From: Candidatus Aenigmatarchaeota archaeon
GTDB lineage: Archaea; Aenigmatarchaeota; Aenigmatarchaeia; CG10238-14; SCSR01
Direction: 5' to 3'
Length of the DNA stretch: 64,000 nucleotides
NCBI GenBank assembly: GCA_038998625.1
Contig: JAWADS010000001.1
Coordinates: 30,110 to 94,109 of the forward strand
A model generated the notes under the pieces. It searched no databases. It worked only from the letters and a program-made list of their open reading frames with translations, and was not told the origin of the DNA. Positions 45,511 to 58,485 of the stretch are shown here, one piece after another; position 1 is the stretch's first letter, and every line of letters starts with the position of its first letter. The translations under genes were made by a program, and so were the position numbers.

Positions 45511-46182
45511 ATGGGAGCTATAAGTTTAAATGGCTTAAAAATAGAATGGCTGAAGCACGATTGTTTTAAAATTAAGGATAAAAGAGTAATTTATTTCGAT
45601 CCTTTTCAACTTTCCAATGAACTTGAGCCAGCAGACTTAATTCTCATAACCCATGAACATTTTGATCATTGCAGCATTGAGGATATTCAAAAAATCATCA
45701 AAAAAACCACAATAATTGTTGCGGCCGAAATATGTAAAAAAAGTGATTTGCCTAGTATCGAAGGTAAAGTTAAAAAAATTGTTTATATGAAACCCAATTC
45801 TACTTTGCCAATAGATGAAATAACAATCGAAGCAATACCAGCTTACAATGTCAATAAATTTAAAGCTCCAGGGGTGCCATTTCATCCTAAAGGTGAAAAT
45901 AGAGTAGGGTTTGTTTTGAATTACGAAGGAAAGAGAATTTATCACGCTGGCGATACAGACTACATTCCTGAAATATCTTCTTTAAAAAATATTGACGTTG
46001 CATTATTACCTGTTTCAGGAACTTATGTTATGACTGCCGAAGAAGCAGCAGAAGCTGTTAAAAACTTTAGACCAAAATTAACTATACCAATGCATATTGA
46101 AGGTGGAGTAGTTGGAACTTATAGGGACGCAAGAAGGTTTAAAGATTTAGCCAGTAATTTTACTAAAGTTGAGATTTTATAA
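45511..46182 (+). CDS. MBL-fold metallo-hydrolase
   Basis: ITHEHFDH, YHAGDT, IPMH; ATG at 45511 preferred as start. Confidence 0.9.
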   Translation: MGAISLNGLKIEWLKHDCFKIKDKRVIYFDPFQLSNELEPADLILITHEHFDHCSIEDIQKIIKKTTIIVAAEICKKSDLPSIEGKVKKIVYMKPNSTLPIDEITIEAIPAYNVNKFKAPGVPFHPKGENRVGFVLNYEGKRIYHAGDTDYIPEISSLKNIDVALLPVSGTYVMTAEEAAEAVKNFRPKLTIPMHIEGGVVGTYRDARRFKDLASNFTKVEIL

Positions 46183-46210
46183 TAAATAAACAAAAAACGA
46201 AATTTATTTT

Positions 46211-46453
46211 ATGGTAGCAAATGGAATGGAAGAACAATTATTAGTAGAGCTTTCTAAGAGGTTGGTGATGAAAAAAGATGAAATTATAAATTTTCTTCAG
46301 GATAAAGTTCCTAATGCTAAGCAAGTATATACACAATTGCTTCAAGATTTAATATCTAAAGGTTTTGTCAGGCATGTGGAACCTGTTGGAGAAAGTGTTG
46401 TAGCAATAACTCAGAAAGGAATGAAAGAAGTTAACGCAAAAATTTTTAAATAA
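46211..46453 (+). CDS. Small winged-helix protein
   Basis: L..L..KGFV...ITQKG wing motif. Confidence 0.65.
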   Translation: MVANGMEEQLLVELSKRLVMKKDEIINFLQDKVPNAKQVYTQLLQDLISKGFVRHVEPVGESVVAITQKGMKEVNAKIFK

Positions 46454-46474
46454 TTTTTATTAATTTGATTATAT

Positions 46475-46591
46475 AGCCCCGTCGTCTAGCGGCCAAGGAC
46501 GCGAGGCTTTGGATATTTTATCTAAAGCTCTGATTTGATTTCGATGAAGAGAAGAAACCTCGAAACCGCAGTTCGAATCTGCGCGGGGCTA
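46475..46591 (+). tRNA. tRNA-Gln(TTG) with 44-nt intron at 37/38 (46513-46556)
   Basis: AGCCCCG/CGGGGCT (A1-U72), CGAGG/CCTCG, BHB cttt-gg|a...gaag-aa|a; 73 nt mature. Confidence 0.93.
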
Positions 46592-46620
46592 TTTTTTTAT
46601 TTTTTGATAAAAATAATTAT

Positions 46621-47085
46621 ATGGCGAATTTGTTTTCTGTATTGGTGGTAATAATAACAACACTATCTCCTATTGTTGAATTAAACGGCTCGATACCTTT
46701 AGGAATTGCCTTGGGGTTAGATCCGCTTTTTACTTTTTTAATTGTGGTAGTAACAAACTCTTTGCTTTTTTTTGTTATATATTTCGCTCTTTTCTTTTTC
46801 TATGAAAATTTTATCAGTAAAATAAATTTTTTTAAAAAATATATCGAAAAATCAAGGAGAAAAGTTAAACCTTATGTTAAAAAATATGGATATTTAGGCT
46901 TAACAGCTTTCATAGCTTTACCTACTCCATTTACAGGGGTTTATACAGGTAGCGTTATTGCATGGATTTTGGGCATGGATTGGAAAAAATCTTTTTTAGC
47001 TATAGTCATTGCTGTTGTGATAAACGGTCTTATCGTTTTAGGAGCAGTTCTCGGTATTTTTGAATTTTTAAAATTTTTACTTTAA
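46621..47085 (+). CDS. Small multi-drug export-like membrane protein (COG2426)
   Basis: PIVELNGSIP, FIALP.P.TG.YTG. Confidence 0.85.
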   Translation: MANLFSVLVVIITTLSPIVELNGSIPLGIALGLDPLFTFLIVVVTNSLLFFVIYFALFFFYENFISKINFFKKYIEKSRRKVKPYVKKYGYLGLTAFIALPTPFTGVYTGSVIAWILGMDWKKSFLAIVIAVVINGLIVLGAVLGIFEFLKFLL

Positions 47086-47101
47086 AGTTTAATTATATTT
47101 T

Positions 47102-47791
47102 ATGATTCCAAAAAGAATTTTCAAAAAGGTTTTAAAGGATAAAAGGAAAAATCTTCTTGAGCATGAGGCGTATCAAGTTTTAAACTTTTACAAAATAGCC
47201 ACACCAAAATGGTTTTTAGCTAAATCTAAGCAAGAAGCTGTAAATTTTGCAGAAAAAATAGGCTATCCAGTGGTTTTAAAAATTGTAAGTAAGGACATAA
47301 TTCATAAATCAGATGTGGGCGGAGTTTTCATTGATTTATTAAATAAAGAGGCTGTAGCAAAAGCTTATGATCAGATTATGAAAAATGTTAAAGAAAATGC
47401 ACCTAAAGCGAAAATAGAAGGGATTATAGTTTATGAGATGGTTCAAAAGGGAAAGGAAGTAATAGTTGGTGGATTAAAAGATGCCCAATTTGGTCAAATA
47501 ATCATGTTTGGTTCAGGTGGTGTATTAGTAGAATTATTAGAGGATGTTTCCTTTAGAGTTTTGCCAATAACAAAAAAAGATGCTGAAGAAATGTTTTATG
47601 AAACAAAAGTTTCTCGGGTATTAAAAGGATATAGGGGCAAGCTCTTAGATGTGAAGGCTGTAATAAATTTAATATTAAAAACTGCAAAGTTGTTGGAGGA
47701 TAATCCTGAAATTAAAGAGTTAGATATAAATCCAGTTATGGTTTTAGAAAAGGGAGCTTATCCTGTGGATGCAAGAATTATTTTAGAATAA
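47102..47791 (+). CDS. acdB: ADP-forming acetyl-CoA synthetase, beta subunit (ATP-grasp)
   Basis: GYPVVLKIVS.DIIHKSDVGGV, ELDINP, VDARI. Confidence 0.92.
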   Translation: MIPKRIFKKVLKDKRKNLLEHEAYQVLNFYKIATPKWFLAKSKQEAVNFAEKIGYPVVLKIVSKDIIHKSDVGGVFIDLLNKEAVAKAYDQIMKNVKENAPKAKIEGIIVYEMVQKGKEVIVGGLKDAQFGQIIMFGSGGVLVELLEDVSFRVLPITKKDAEEMFYETKVSRVLKGYRGKLLDVKAVINLILKTAKLLEDNPEIKELDINPVMVLEKGAYPVDARIILE

Positions 47792-47813
47792 AAATTAATG
47801 AATTGAGATAAGG

Positions 47814-48281
47814 ATGACAGATTGGAAAATACATTTCATATTCGGTAACTTTTTGTCCATAATCTTTATTTTTCTATTTTTCAGCTTTGGCTACAAATTA
47901 TCCTATGCAGAACTTTTTTTCATTGTTGCAATAATTCAGTTCACTAGCGTTTTTCCAGATATAGATTTGAAAAAAAGCAAGATTAGAAATTTTACTTCTG
48001 TGATTATTGCCATTTGTGGCGCGGGATTTTATATGTTCTTTTTTCAGAAGACATGGTTTTATGGACCAATCTATTTTTTAATTCTTTATGTTTTACTAAA
48101 ATCTATTCCAACAAAACACAGAGGTCTTATTCATACTTTTAAGTTTTCTTTGATTTATTCCATATTCTTTGCTTTTCTTTTGAATTTCACTTTGTTACAA
48201 TTAAAAATTAGTTTTTTAATTTGGTTTATTATTATATTCAGCAGTTACAATTTACACTTGGTTTTAGATAAGCTGGAGTGA
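47814..48281 (+). CDS. Membrane-bound metal-dependent hydrolase
   Basis: H, PDID, HRG..H, HLVLD. Confidence 0.8.
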   Translation: MTDWKIHFIFGNFLSIIFIFLFFSFGYKLSYAELFFIVAIIQFTSVFPDIDLKKSKIRNFTSVIIAICGAGFYMFFFQKTWFYGPIYFLILYVLLKSIPTKHRGLIHTFKFSLIYSIFFAFLLNFTLLQLKISFLIWFIIIFSSYNLHLVLDKLE

Positions 48282-48285
48282 AAAA

Positions 48286-48543
48286 ATGGCAAAAAAATAT
48301 AAAATCGTTTATGAATGGGATATTTGCATTGGTGCCGCAAATTGCGAGGCTGTTGCCCCAGAATTTTGGCATATGGATGAGAATCAAAAAGCTGTTCTAA
48401 AAGGTTCAAAAGAAATTAAGAAAAAAGTTTTTGAATTAATTATAACAGAAAAAGATTTGGAAAAGAATTTAATGGCAGCTAAGCTGTGCCCAGTAAATTG
48501 CATTCATATATATGATTTAAAAACTGGGAAAAAACTGATTTAA
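48286..48543 (+). CDS. Ferredoxin (single cluster)
   Basis: CIGAANC...CPVNCI. Confidence 0.88.
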   Translation: MAKKYKIVYEWDICIGAANCEAVAPEFWHMDENQKAVLKGSKEIKKKVFELIITEKDLEKNLMAAKLCPVNCIHIYDLKTGKKLI

Positions 48544-48578
48544 TTCATATTTATCTTGTCTAAAATCAAAATATTCTT

Positions 48579-48812
48579 ATGAAGTTAAAACTTTCGGCAA
48601 CCTTTTCTGGTAAGTGCGATATATGCGGAAAAAAAGCTAAAGTTTTTGCTGCTGGAGATGAGGATACTAAAAAAGTTGTAACTATTTGTAAAAAATGCAG
48701 TGATAAGCTTGGAAATATTCAAACCAGCGAAGTAATAGAAAAGTATGGCAAGAAGGATGAAGAGGCCTTTAGGGAAGGGGTAAAATTAGAAAGAAGAATT
48801 GAAGCTGGATAA
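48579..48812 (+). CDS. Small Zn-finger protein
   Basis: CDIC...CKKC. Confidence 0.7.
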   Translation: MKLKLSATFSGKCDICGKKAKVFAAGDEDTKKVVTICKKCSDKLGNIQTSEVIEKYGKKDEEAFREGVKLERRIEAG

Positions 48813-48844
48813 TCTTTATATTATTTTAATTAAATGTTTGTTCT

Positions 48845-50011
48845 ATGAAAGTTGATTATTCTAAAATATTGGATAAAGTAAAATTTTGGAAGAGTGTTGT
48901 GGAAAATGTTAAAGATTTTACTGGCACTAGCCCCCCTTCCATTTTTGTAGGTAGAGCTTTTTATCCAAAAATATATGTAGGGATTTTGGCTCCACCCATA
49001 CATAAGGACGATGCAGAAGTTTTAGATTCGCCTGAAGTGTGGTATAAACAGAAGGCACAAATAGATCAAATTTTAAATTTTCGCGGACAGATGATATATT
49101 CAAGATTTAAAGCATCTTCTGTGAAAAGGCCTTCTGGGAAATTGATTGATATAGTTCAAGAGTTAGCTATGTCTAAAAAAGCTACTGATGTTGAGATAAA
49201 TTTGAAGAAAAATCCAAAATTTAGATTTTTTTTAAGTAGCTGGGTTCAACCTGTAGGAAATCCTGCTCCTATGGCACAAGCAAGATTGGCAGAAAGTACA
49301 AAAATTGAAAAAAAGGTTGATTATCTCGTTTCAGATTATGATATAAATGCTACAGAGGCAGTTTATGAATTATATAAATACGGCATACCAGTTACCAGAA
49401 TACAAAAAATTTTTTCAGCAGGTTTGTTGGGCAATATATTACAAAGAAAATTCGTGCCAACAAGATGGAGTATTACTGCTGTTGACGACATCATAGGCAA
49501 AAAGTTGATGGAAAAAATAAGAAGTTTTAGTGGGTCAGATGAAATTAGGTTATTCCATAATGAATATTTAGGCAACCATTATGAAATTTTAATTTTGCCA
49601 GGGCAATATCAATATGAATTAGTAGAAATATGGGATGTGAATAAATTAAATCCTTCAATAACTTCGGATTACGAGCCTTTCGAAGGCAGAAAAACCTATG
49701 CTTCAAATACTCATGGTGCATTTTATTCAGGAAGGTTAGCCGTTTTAGAATATTTAGAAAAAGTTCAAAGGCAAGCTTCGGTCTTAATTGTAAGGGAGGT
49801 TAGAGATGAATATTTTGCCCCTGTTGGAATTTGGCAATTAAGGGAGACTGTTCGAGATGCTTTCAATAAAAATTATGAAAGTTTTTCGATTTTAGAAGAT
49901 GCTTTAAGAAGGATTTGTGAAAGGCTTTTAACAAAGGATAAATGGATGAATAAGAGTAGATTACTAAAGATCTTAAAAGAACAAACTAAAATAAAAAAAT
50001 TTTTTCCATAG
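48845..50011 (+). CDS. nreA: Nre family DNA repair protein
   Basis: SPPSIFVGR..YP, VPTRWSITAVDD, PVGIWQLRE; C-terminal PIP box QTKIKKFF. Confidence 0.92.
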   Translation: MKVDYSKILDKVKFWKSVVENVKDFTGTSPPSIFVGRAFYPKIYVGILAPPIHKDDAEVLDSPEVWYKQKAQIDQILNFRGQMIYSRFKASSVKRPSGKLIDIVQELAMSKKATDVEINLKKNPKFRFFLSSWVQPVGNPAPMAQARLAESTKIEKKVDYLVSDYDINATEAVYELYKYGIPVTRIQKIFSAGLLGNILQRKFVPTRWSITAVDDIIGKKLMEKIRSFSGSDEIRLFHNEYLGNHYEILILPGQYQYELVEIWDVNKLNPSITSDYEPFEGRKTYASNTHGAFYSGRLAVLEYLEKVQRQASVLIVREVRDEYFAPVGIWQLRETVRDAFNKNYESFSILEDALRRICERLLTKDKWMNKSRLLKILKEQTKIKKFFP

Positions 50012-50074
50012 CCACTTTAAGGAGTTCTATTTGTATATACTAAAAATTATTCTAGAATATTCCATAAGTGAATT

Positions 50075-50524
50075 ATGTTAAAAAAAGTTTCGCTTGCGAT
50101 GATTTTTATAATTATTTTGTTTCTCATATTTTTACAAAATCAGAAAAAAATATCTCAAGATTATATTGTGGTGAAAATTATTGATGGCGATACTTTTAAG
50201 CTTTCTGATGGTAGGGAAATTAGATTGCTTGGAATAGATGCTCCAGAGCAAGGTCAATTTTATTATGATGAAGCAAAAAATTTTTTAGAGAGTTTAATTT
50301 TAGGGAGCAAAGTAGTTCTTGAGCAAGATGTTACAAATAGAGACAAGTTTGGTAGATATTTGCGTTATGTTTTTGTAGAAAATAATTTTGTAAATCTAGA
50401 GTTAGTTAAAAAAGGTTATGCAAGGGTAGTAATAAGAATTCCTGATACAAAATACATTGATATTCTTATGCAAGCCGAATCTCAAGCAAGAAAAAATAAA
50501 TTAGGAATTTGGAGCAAATACTAA
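50075..50524 (+). CDS. Secreted thermonuclease (SNase)
   Basis: IDGDT, IRLLGIDAPE, DKFGRYL. Confidence 0.92.
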   Translation: MLKKVSLAMIFIIILFLIFLQNQKKISQDYIVVKIIDGDTFKLSDGREIRLLGIDAPEQGQFYYDEAKNFLESLILGSKVVLEQDVTNRDKFGRYLRYVFVENNFVNLELVKKGYARVVIRIPDTKYIDILMQAESQARKNKLGIWSKY

Positions 50525-50655
50525 TTTTCATATTTCTTTTTATTTTCTTTTTCAACTTTTAAAGGTCCTCTATATCCACAGTTTTGACATTCGTAAATTA
50601 AGCCCAGCCAAGGAAGAAATTTTAGCTCAGGCTTTTTACATTTTGGGCATATCAT
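50521..50655 (-). CDS. 44-aa Zn-ribbon protein
   Basis: MICPKC...YECQNCGYRGP; below the ORF-track length cutoff. Confidence 0.7.
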   Translation of the reverse strand: MICPKCKKPELKFLPWLGLIYECQNCGYRGPLKVEKENKKKYEN

Positions 50656-50684
50656 GGATATCTAAATTAGAAATATTAAAAAAT

Positions 50685-51776
50685 TTAAGAAGCATTTACT
50701 GCGTCTAAAGCATTAATTAAACCATAACCATAAGAAGTATCATAACCTTTTTTACCTAAATCAGTAGCTGTAGAAGTTAATATATTAGTAATTTCCTCTG
50801 GAGTTAAAGTAGAGTTCTTTTGTTTCATTAAAGCTATAGTAGCGCTTACATGTGGTGTGGCCATAGAAGTGCCGCTAGCGCTCAAATATCCTCCTCCAAC
50901 CCAAGAAGACAAAATTGTAACTCCAGGAGCAACTAATTCTAAAGATTTTCCTTTACCTGACCAACTTGTAACTTTATTATAATCATCAACAGCACCAACA
51001 GTTATAACTTTACTTATGCAACCAGGAATGGAAATTCCTGCGCCACCTGAATTTCCTGCGGCAGCAACAACAGATTTTCCTTTACTTATTGCGTAATGAA
51101 CAGCTGTGGTTAAAGATGGTACAACAGCATCACAATTACCGCCTTTATAAGTGTAAGGAGGTGAAGTTCCTAAGCTCATGCTGATAGCATCTGCTGCAAC
51201 ATTATCAGCAACATAATAGATTGCTTCTATAATATCTGAAATATATCCACTTCCTTGGGCATCTAAAACTTTTCCTGACCAAATTCCAGCTGCCGGGGCG
51301 GCACCAATGGCGTCAGAATTTAACCCATTAGCGGTTATAATTCCTGCCACATGCGTACCATGCCCATTGTCATCTTCAAAATTCGAATTATTAAGAATAA
51401 AATTCCATCCACCAACAATACTATCATAAAGCTCTGGATGATCTGTATCAATTCCTGTATCTAAAACAGCTATTATTCTTCCAGTTCCATTGTAACCAAG
51501 ACCCCAAACATAATTAGCATTAATTTGTTGAACGGAACTAGCATCTACAGCAAAAACTTCTAAATCCGGTTCGAGCCTCTTTACACTAACTACAGTGAAC
51601 GGACAATTTAATACTGCAACAACTCTTCCGCTTTTAATAAGGGAACAACCTTCTGATACTAATTGCTGGGCATCAGAAAGTTTAGCAATAACTCTTGATT
51701 TTCCATTAGCAAGAGTTAGAACAGCAAAAAGAGATATACCTAAAACTAATAGTACAATAAAGTTCAGTTTTTTCAT
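50685..51776 (-). CDS. Secreted subtilisin-like S8 serine protease
   Basis: LDTG, HGTHVAG, GTSMATPHV; signal peptide. Confidence 0.95.
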   Translation of the reverse strand: MKKLNFIVLLVLGISLFAVLTLANGKSRVIAKLSDAQQLVSEGCSLIKSGRVVAVLNCPFTVVSVKRLEPDLEVFAVDASSVQQINANYVWGLGYNGTGRIIAVLDTGIDTDHPELYDSIVGGWNFILNNSNFEDDNGHGTHVAGIITANGLNSDAIGAAPAAGIWSGKVLDAQGSGYISDIIEAIYYVADNVAADAISMSLGTSPPYTYKGGNCDAVVPSLTTAVHYAISKGKSVVAAAGNSGGAGISIPGCISKVITVGAVDDYNKVTSWSGKGKSLELVAPGVTILSSWVGGGYLSASGTSMATPHVSATIALMKQKNSTLTPEEITNILTSTATDLGKKGYDTSYGYGLINALDAVNAS

Positions 51777-51864
51777 TAAAATTCTTAAGGACAGATAATT
51801 ACTTAAAGATTGTTGTGGTGAGAAATCTAAGTTGAATTAAATAAATTAAAACTACAGAAACTGC

Positions 51865-52293
51865 CTAACCTCCACTATACCCTGGCAATTTTAATGCAAT
51901 TAGCGAAGCTAAATTTTGTATGAGCTTTGGTTCTATTGCTATTATGTCGCTTGCAGAAACAATACCAACAAGTTTACCATTATCTACAACAGGTAATTTT
52001 TTAATTCTATTCTCCACCATTAAGTTTGCTGCTGTCTCTATTTTTTCATCTGCATCAATTGTTATAACATTTTTTTTCATTATTTCTTCTGCTAGAGTTG
52101 TATCTACATCTTTATTCTCAGCAATGGCCTTTAAAATATCAGTTCCTGTTAATATTCCAATAATTTTATCATTTTGTGTAATAACTAAGCTCCCGATTTT
52201 TAGGGAAGTCATAACTTTAGAAGCTTCTTTCAATGTAATATTAGGTTTTGCAGTGACTACTTCCCTCCTCATTATATTTCTTACGAGCACCAT
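51865..52293 (-). CDS. CBS-pair protein
   Basis: Two CBS domains (LPVVDNGKLVGIVS). Confidence 0.9.
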   Translation of the reverse strand: MVLVRNIMRREVVTAKPNITLKEASKVMTSLKIGSLVITQNDKIIGILTGTDILKAIAENKDVDTTLAEEIMKKNVITIDADEKIETAANLMVENRIKKLPVVDNGKLVGIVSASDIIAIEPKLIQNLASLIALKLPGYSGG

Positions 52294-52359
52294 GTTAATA
52301 ATAATTTATTTTCTAAACTATAAAAAACATTTTAAAACTTAAAAGATTAAAAAATTACT

Positions 52360-52485
52360 ATGGCAAAAAGGATAAAAAAGAAGAATTCTAGGCTCAAGAA
52401 AATTGAAAAGTTTGTGGAAAAACAATTAGAAAAATATATAAGAATTCATAAAGAGCATGAGAAAGAGTTAAAGTATATTGGTTAA
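52360..52485 (+). CDS. Possible 41-aa basic peptide
   Basis: MAKRIKKKNSRLKKIEKFVEKQLEKYIRIHKEHEKELKYIG; fills an intergenic gap. Confidence 0.45.
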   Translation: MAKRIKKKNSRLKKIEKFVEKQLEKYIRIHKEHEKELKYIG

Positions 52486-53258
52486 GATTTTCTTTGCTTT
52501 CTGTGTTCTCCTTTCTTTCTGATTAAATATCCAGCAGCAATTAATACGCTTCCAAAAATTGTAAATAATAGCAAGTAATTAATTATAGGCTCGAAAATTT
52601 TATCAATTAATTGAATGATTATGCTAGACAAACTAATTTCCGGTAAGGGCAGAAGCCTAGTTATTAAAAAATCTTTAAAATAGAAAAACAAGAAAAGGGG
52701 TGTAATAGAAAATATTATGTTCCAACCCAAAGATCTTAATCGTATGCTCCAACTTTCTGAGGATATTAAAATTAAAATAATACCAGCTATCGAACCAAAG
52801 ATTGAATAAAATATCATTGAATTGGAAAAGTTATTTCCATGGACAGAAAAAATAACTAAAAAACCTTCTATATCTCCTCTTAGAAGGCACTTTAAGAATG
52901 GACAATTATACTCTTTATAATAAACACTGTCAAAAACTTTTAGTGCAATTAATGTAGTTAAATCATTAGGTTTTGAAGATATGATATCTTTGCACTCCAA
53001 AGTTATATTGTATTGACTTACTTGAAATTCAATAACTTCTTTTTCTTTGCAACTCAAAACTAAAATTTCATGAAGTTTTTTTATTTGTTCAGAGCTTATC
53101 TGAGAAGAAATTTGTTGGTTTAAAATGGGCAATAAGCTATTTTTTAAGTTTTCATATTCAGTAAACTGGGCCAAAGAAATTGTTATAAAAAAGATAAATA
53201 AAAAAGTTGAGAACAAGAAACTACCAAAGGCTTTGCCCATTTTTCTAATAAAAGCCAT
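52482..53258 (-). CDS. Hypothetical multi-TM protein
   Basis: 4 TM helices and a Cys-containing loop. Confidence 0.7.
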   Translation of the reverse strand: MAFIRKMGKAFGSFLFSTFLFIFFITISLAQFTEYENLKNSLLPILNQQISSQISSEQIKKLHEILVLSCKEKEVIEFQVSQYNITLECKDIISSKPNDLTTLIALKVFDSVYYKEYNCPFLKCLLRGDIEGFLVIFSVHGNNFSNSMIFYSIFGSIAGIILILISSESWSIRLRSLGWNIIFSITPLFLFFYFKDFLITRLLPLPEISLSSIIIQLIDKIFEPIINYLLLFTIFGSVLIAAGYLIRKKGEHRKQRKS

Positions 53259-53295
53259 ATAAGTTTTTAAACAAGTTAGACTAATAAACTTATTT

Positions 53296-53895
53296 ATGAA
53301 AAAATACGAATTACCACCTTTGCCATACTCTTATGATGCTTTAGAGCCAATTATTTCTAGGGAAATAATGACTCTACATCATGATAAACATCATGCAGCT
53401 TATGTCAATGGGGCTAATGCAGCTTTGGAAAGATTGGAAAAGTTCAGAAAGGGAGAAGTGGAAATTGACATTAAGGCAACTTTAAGAGATTTGACCTTTA
53501 ATTTAAATGGTCACATATTGCATTCGATTTTTTGGCCTAATATGCGAGGTCCGCAGGAAAATAACAGACCAGGAGGAATGATTGCAGATTTAATTAACAG
53601 GGATTTTCAATCTTTTGATTCTTTTAAAAGAGAATTCAGCAATGCAGCAAAAACTGTAGAAGGATCTGGTTGGGCAATTTTGGGTTTAGAACCAATTACA
53701 AATCAATTAATCGTGATGCAAGTAGAAAAACATAATCTTTCCCATATAGCTAACCTAAAAATTTTACTGACTTTAGATGTTTGGGAACATGCCTATTATT
53801 TGGATTATAAAAATGATAGAGCAAAGTATGTTGATAATTGGTGGCAAGTGGTTAATTGGGATGATGTAGAAAAGAGATTAACTAAAGTTTTATGA
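53296..53895 (+). CDS. sod: Fe/Mn superoxide dismutase
   Basis: LHHDKHHAAYV, DVWEHAYY. Confidence 0.97.
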   Translation: MKKYELPPLPYSYDALEPIISREIMTLHHDKHHAAYVNGANAALERLEKFRKGEVEIDIKATLRDLTFNLNGHILHSIFWPNMRGPQENNRPGGMIADLINRDFQSFDSFKREFSNAAKTVEGSGWAILGLEPITNQLIVMQVEKHNLSHIANLKILLTLDVWEHAYYLDYKNDRAKYVDNWWQVVNWDDVEKRLTKVL

Positions 53896-53897
53896 TA

Positions 53898-54404
53898 TCA
53901 TCCAAAATAATTCAAATTTTCTTTATCCAAATCTTGAACAATCTCTATTTTTTCAAAATTTTTTGGTACCCAATTAATACTTGCAAGAATGACCTCAGGG
54001 AAAACAGAAGAGAAATCTCTTGAAATAATTGCAACAGGGTGACCACTTCCAAAGGCCGACTCACAAATTTTATGTGTGACTATTCTAGTTGCCCTCTCAT
54101 CTAAAATTCCTATCGTGTGAATATATTCATACAGAAGTAAATGGAATAAATATGCTTTAAATAGAAATTTAGATTTTGTTGCCTCTATAACTCTTAGAGG
54201 GGTTTTGTTTAAAACGATTAAATTAGAGCCTATAGGATGAAAAGCCCCAACAAACTGTCCAGGCATTCCTCCTAATTCGGCTAACCCCAAAGTTAACCCA
54301 TTTCTTTCTCTTCCCAAAAATTTTCTAACTAATTCTTTCACAATATTAAAAATTTCTGTTATATCTTTTGCTTCCTCTAGTTTTTTATCATAAGAAGTTT
54401 GCAA
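53898..54404 (-). CDS. Zincin-like hypothetical protein (HExxH altered to YEYIH)
   Basis: LLYEYIHTIG..DE; TTG start behind AGGTGA. Confidence 0.65.
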   Translation of the reverse strand: MQTSYDKKLEEAKDITEIFNIVKELVRKFLGRERNGLTLGLAELGGMPGQFVGAFHPIGSNLIVLNKTPLRVIEATKSKFLFKAYLFHLLLYEYIHTIGILDERATRIVTHKICESAFGSGHPVAIISRDFSSVFPEVILASINWVPKNFEKIEIVQDLDKENLNYFG

Positions 54405-54420
54405 AAACTCACCTTTTTAT

Positions 54421-58417
<3,997 letters not shown>

Positions 58418-58485
58418 ATAATCACTTTTTTAGTTTAAATAAACACTAACTTTTTAGATTATTAGAACACTAAAATATTTAAATT

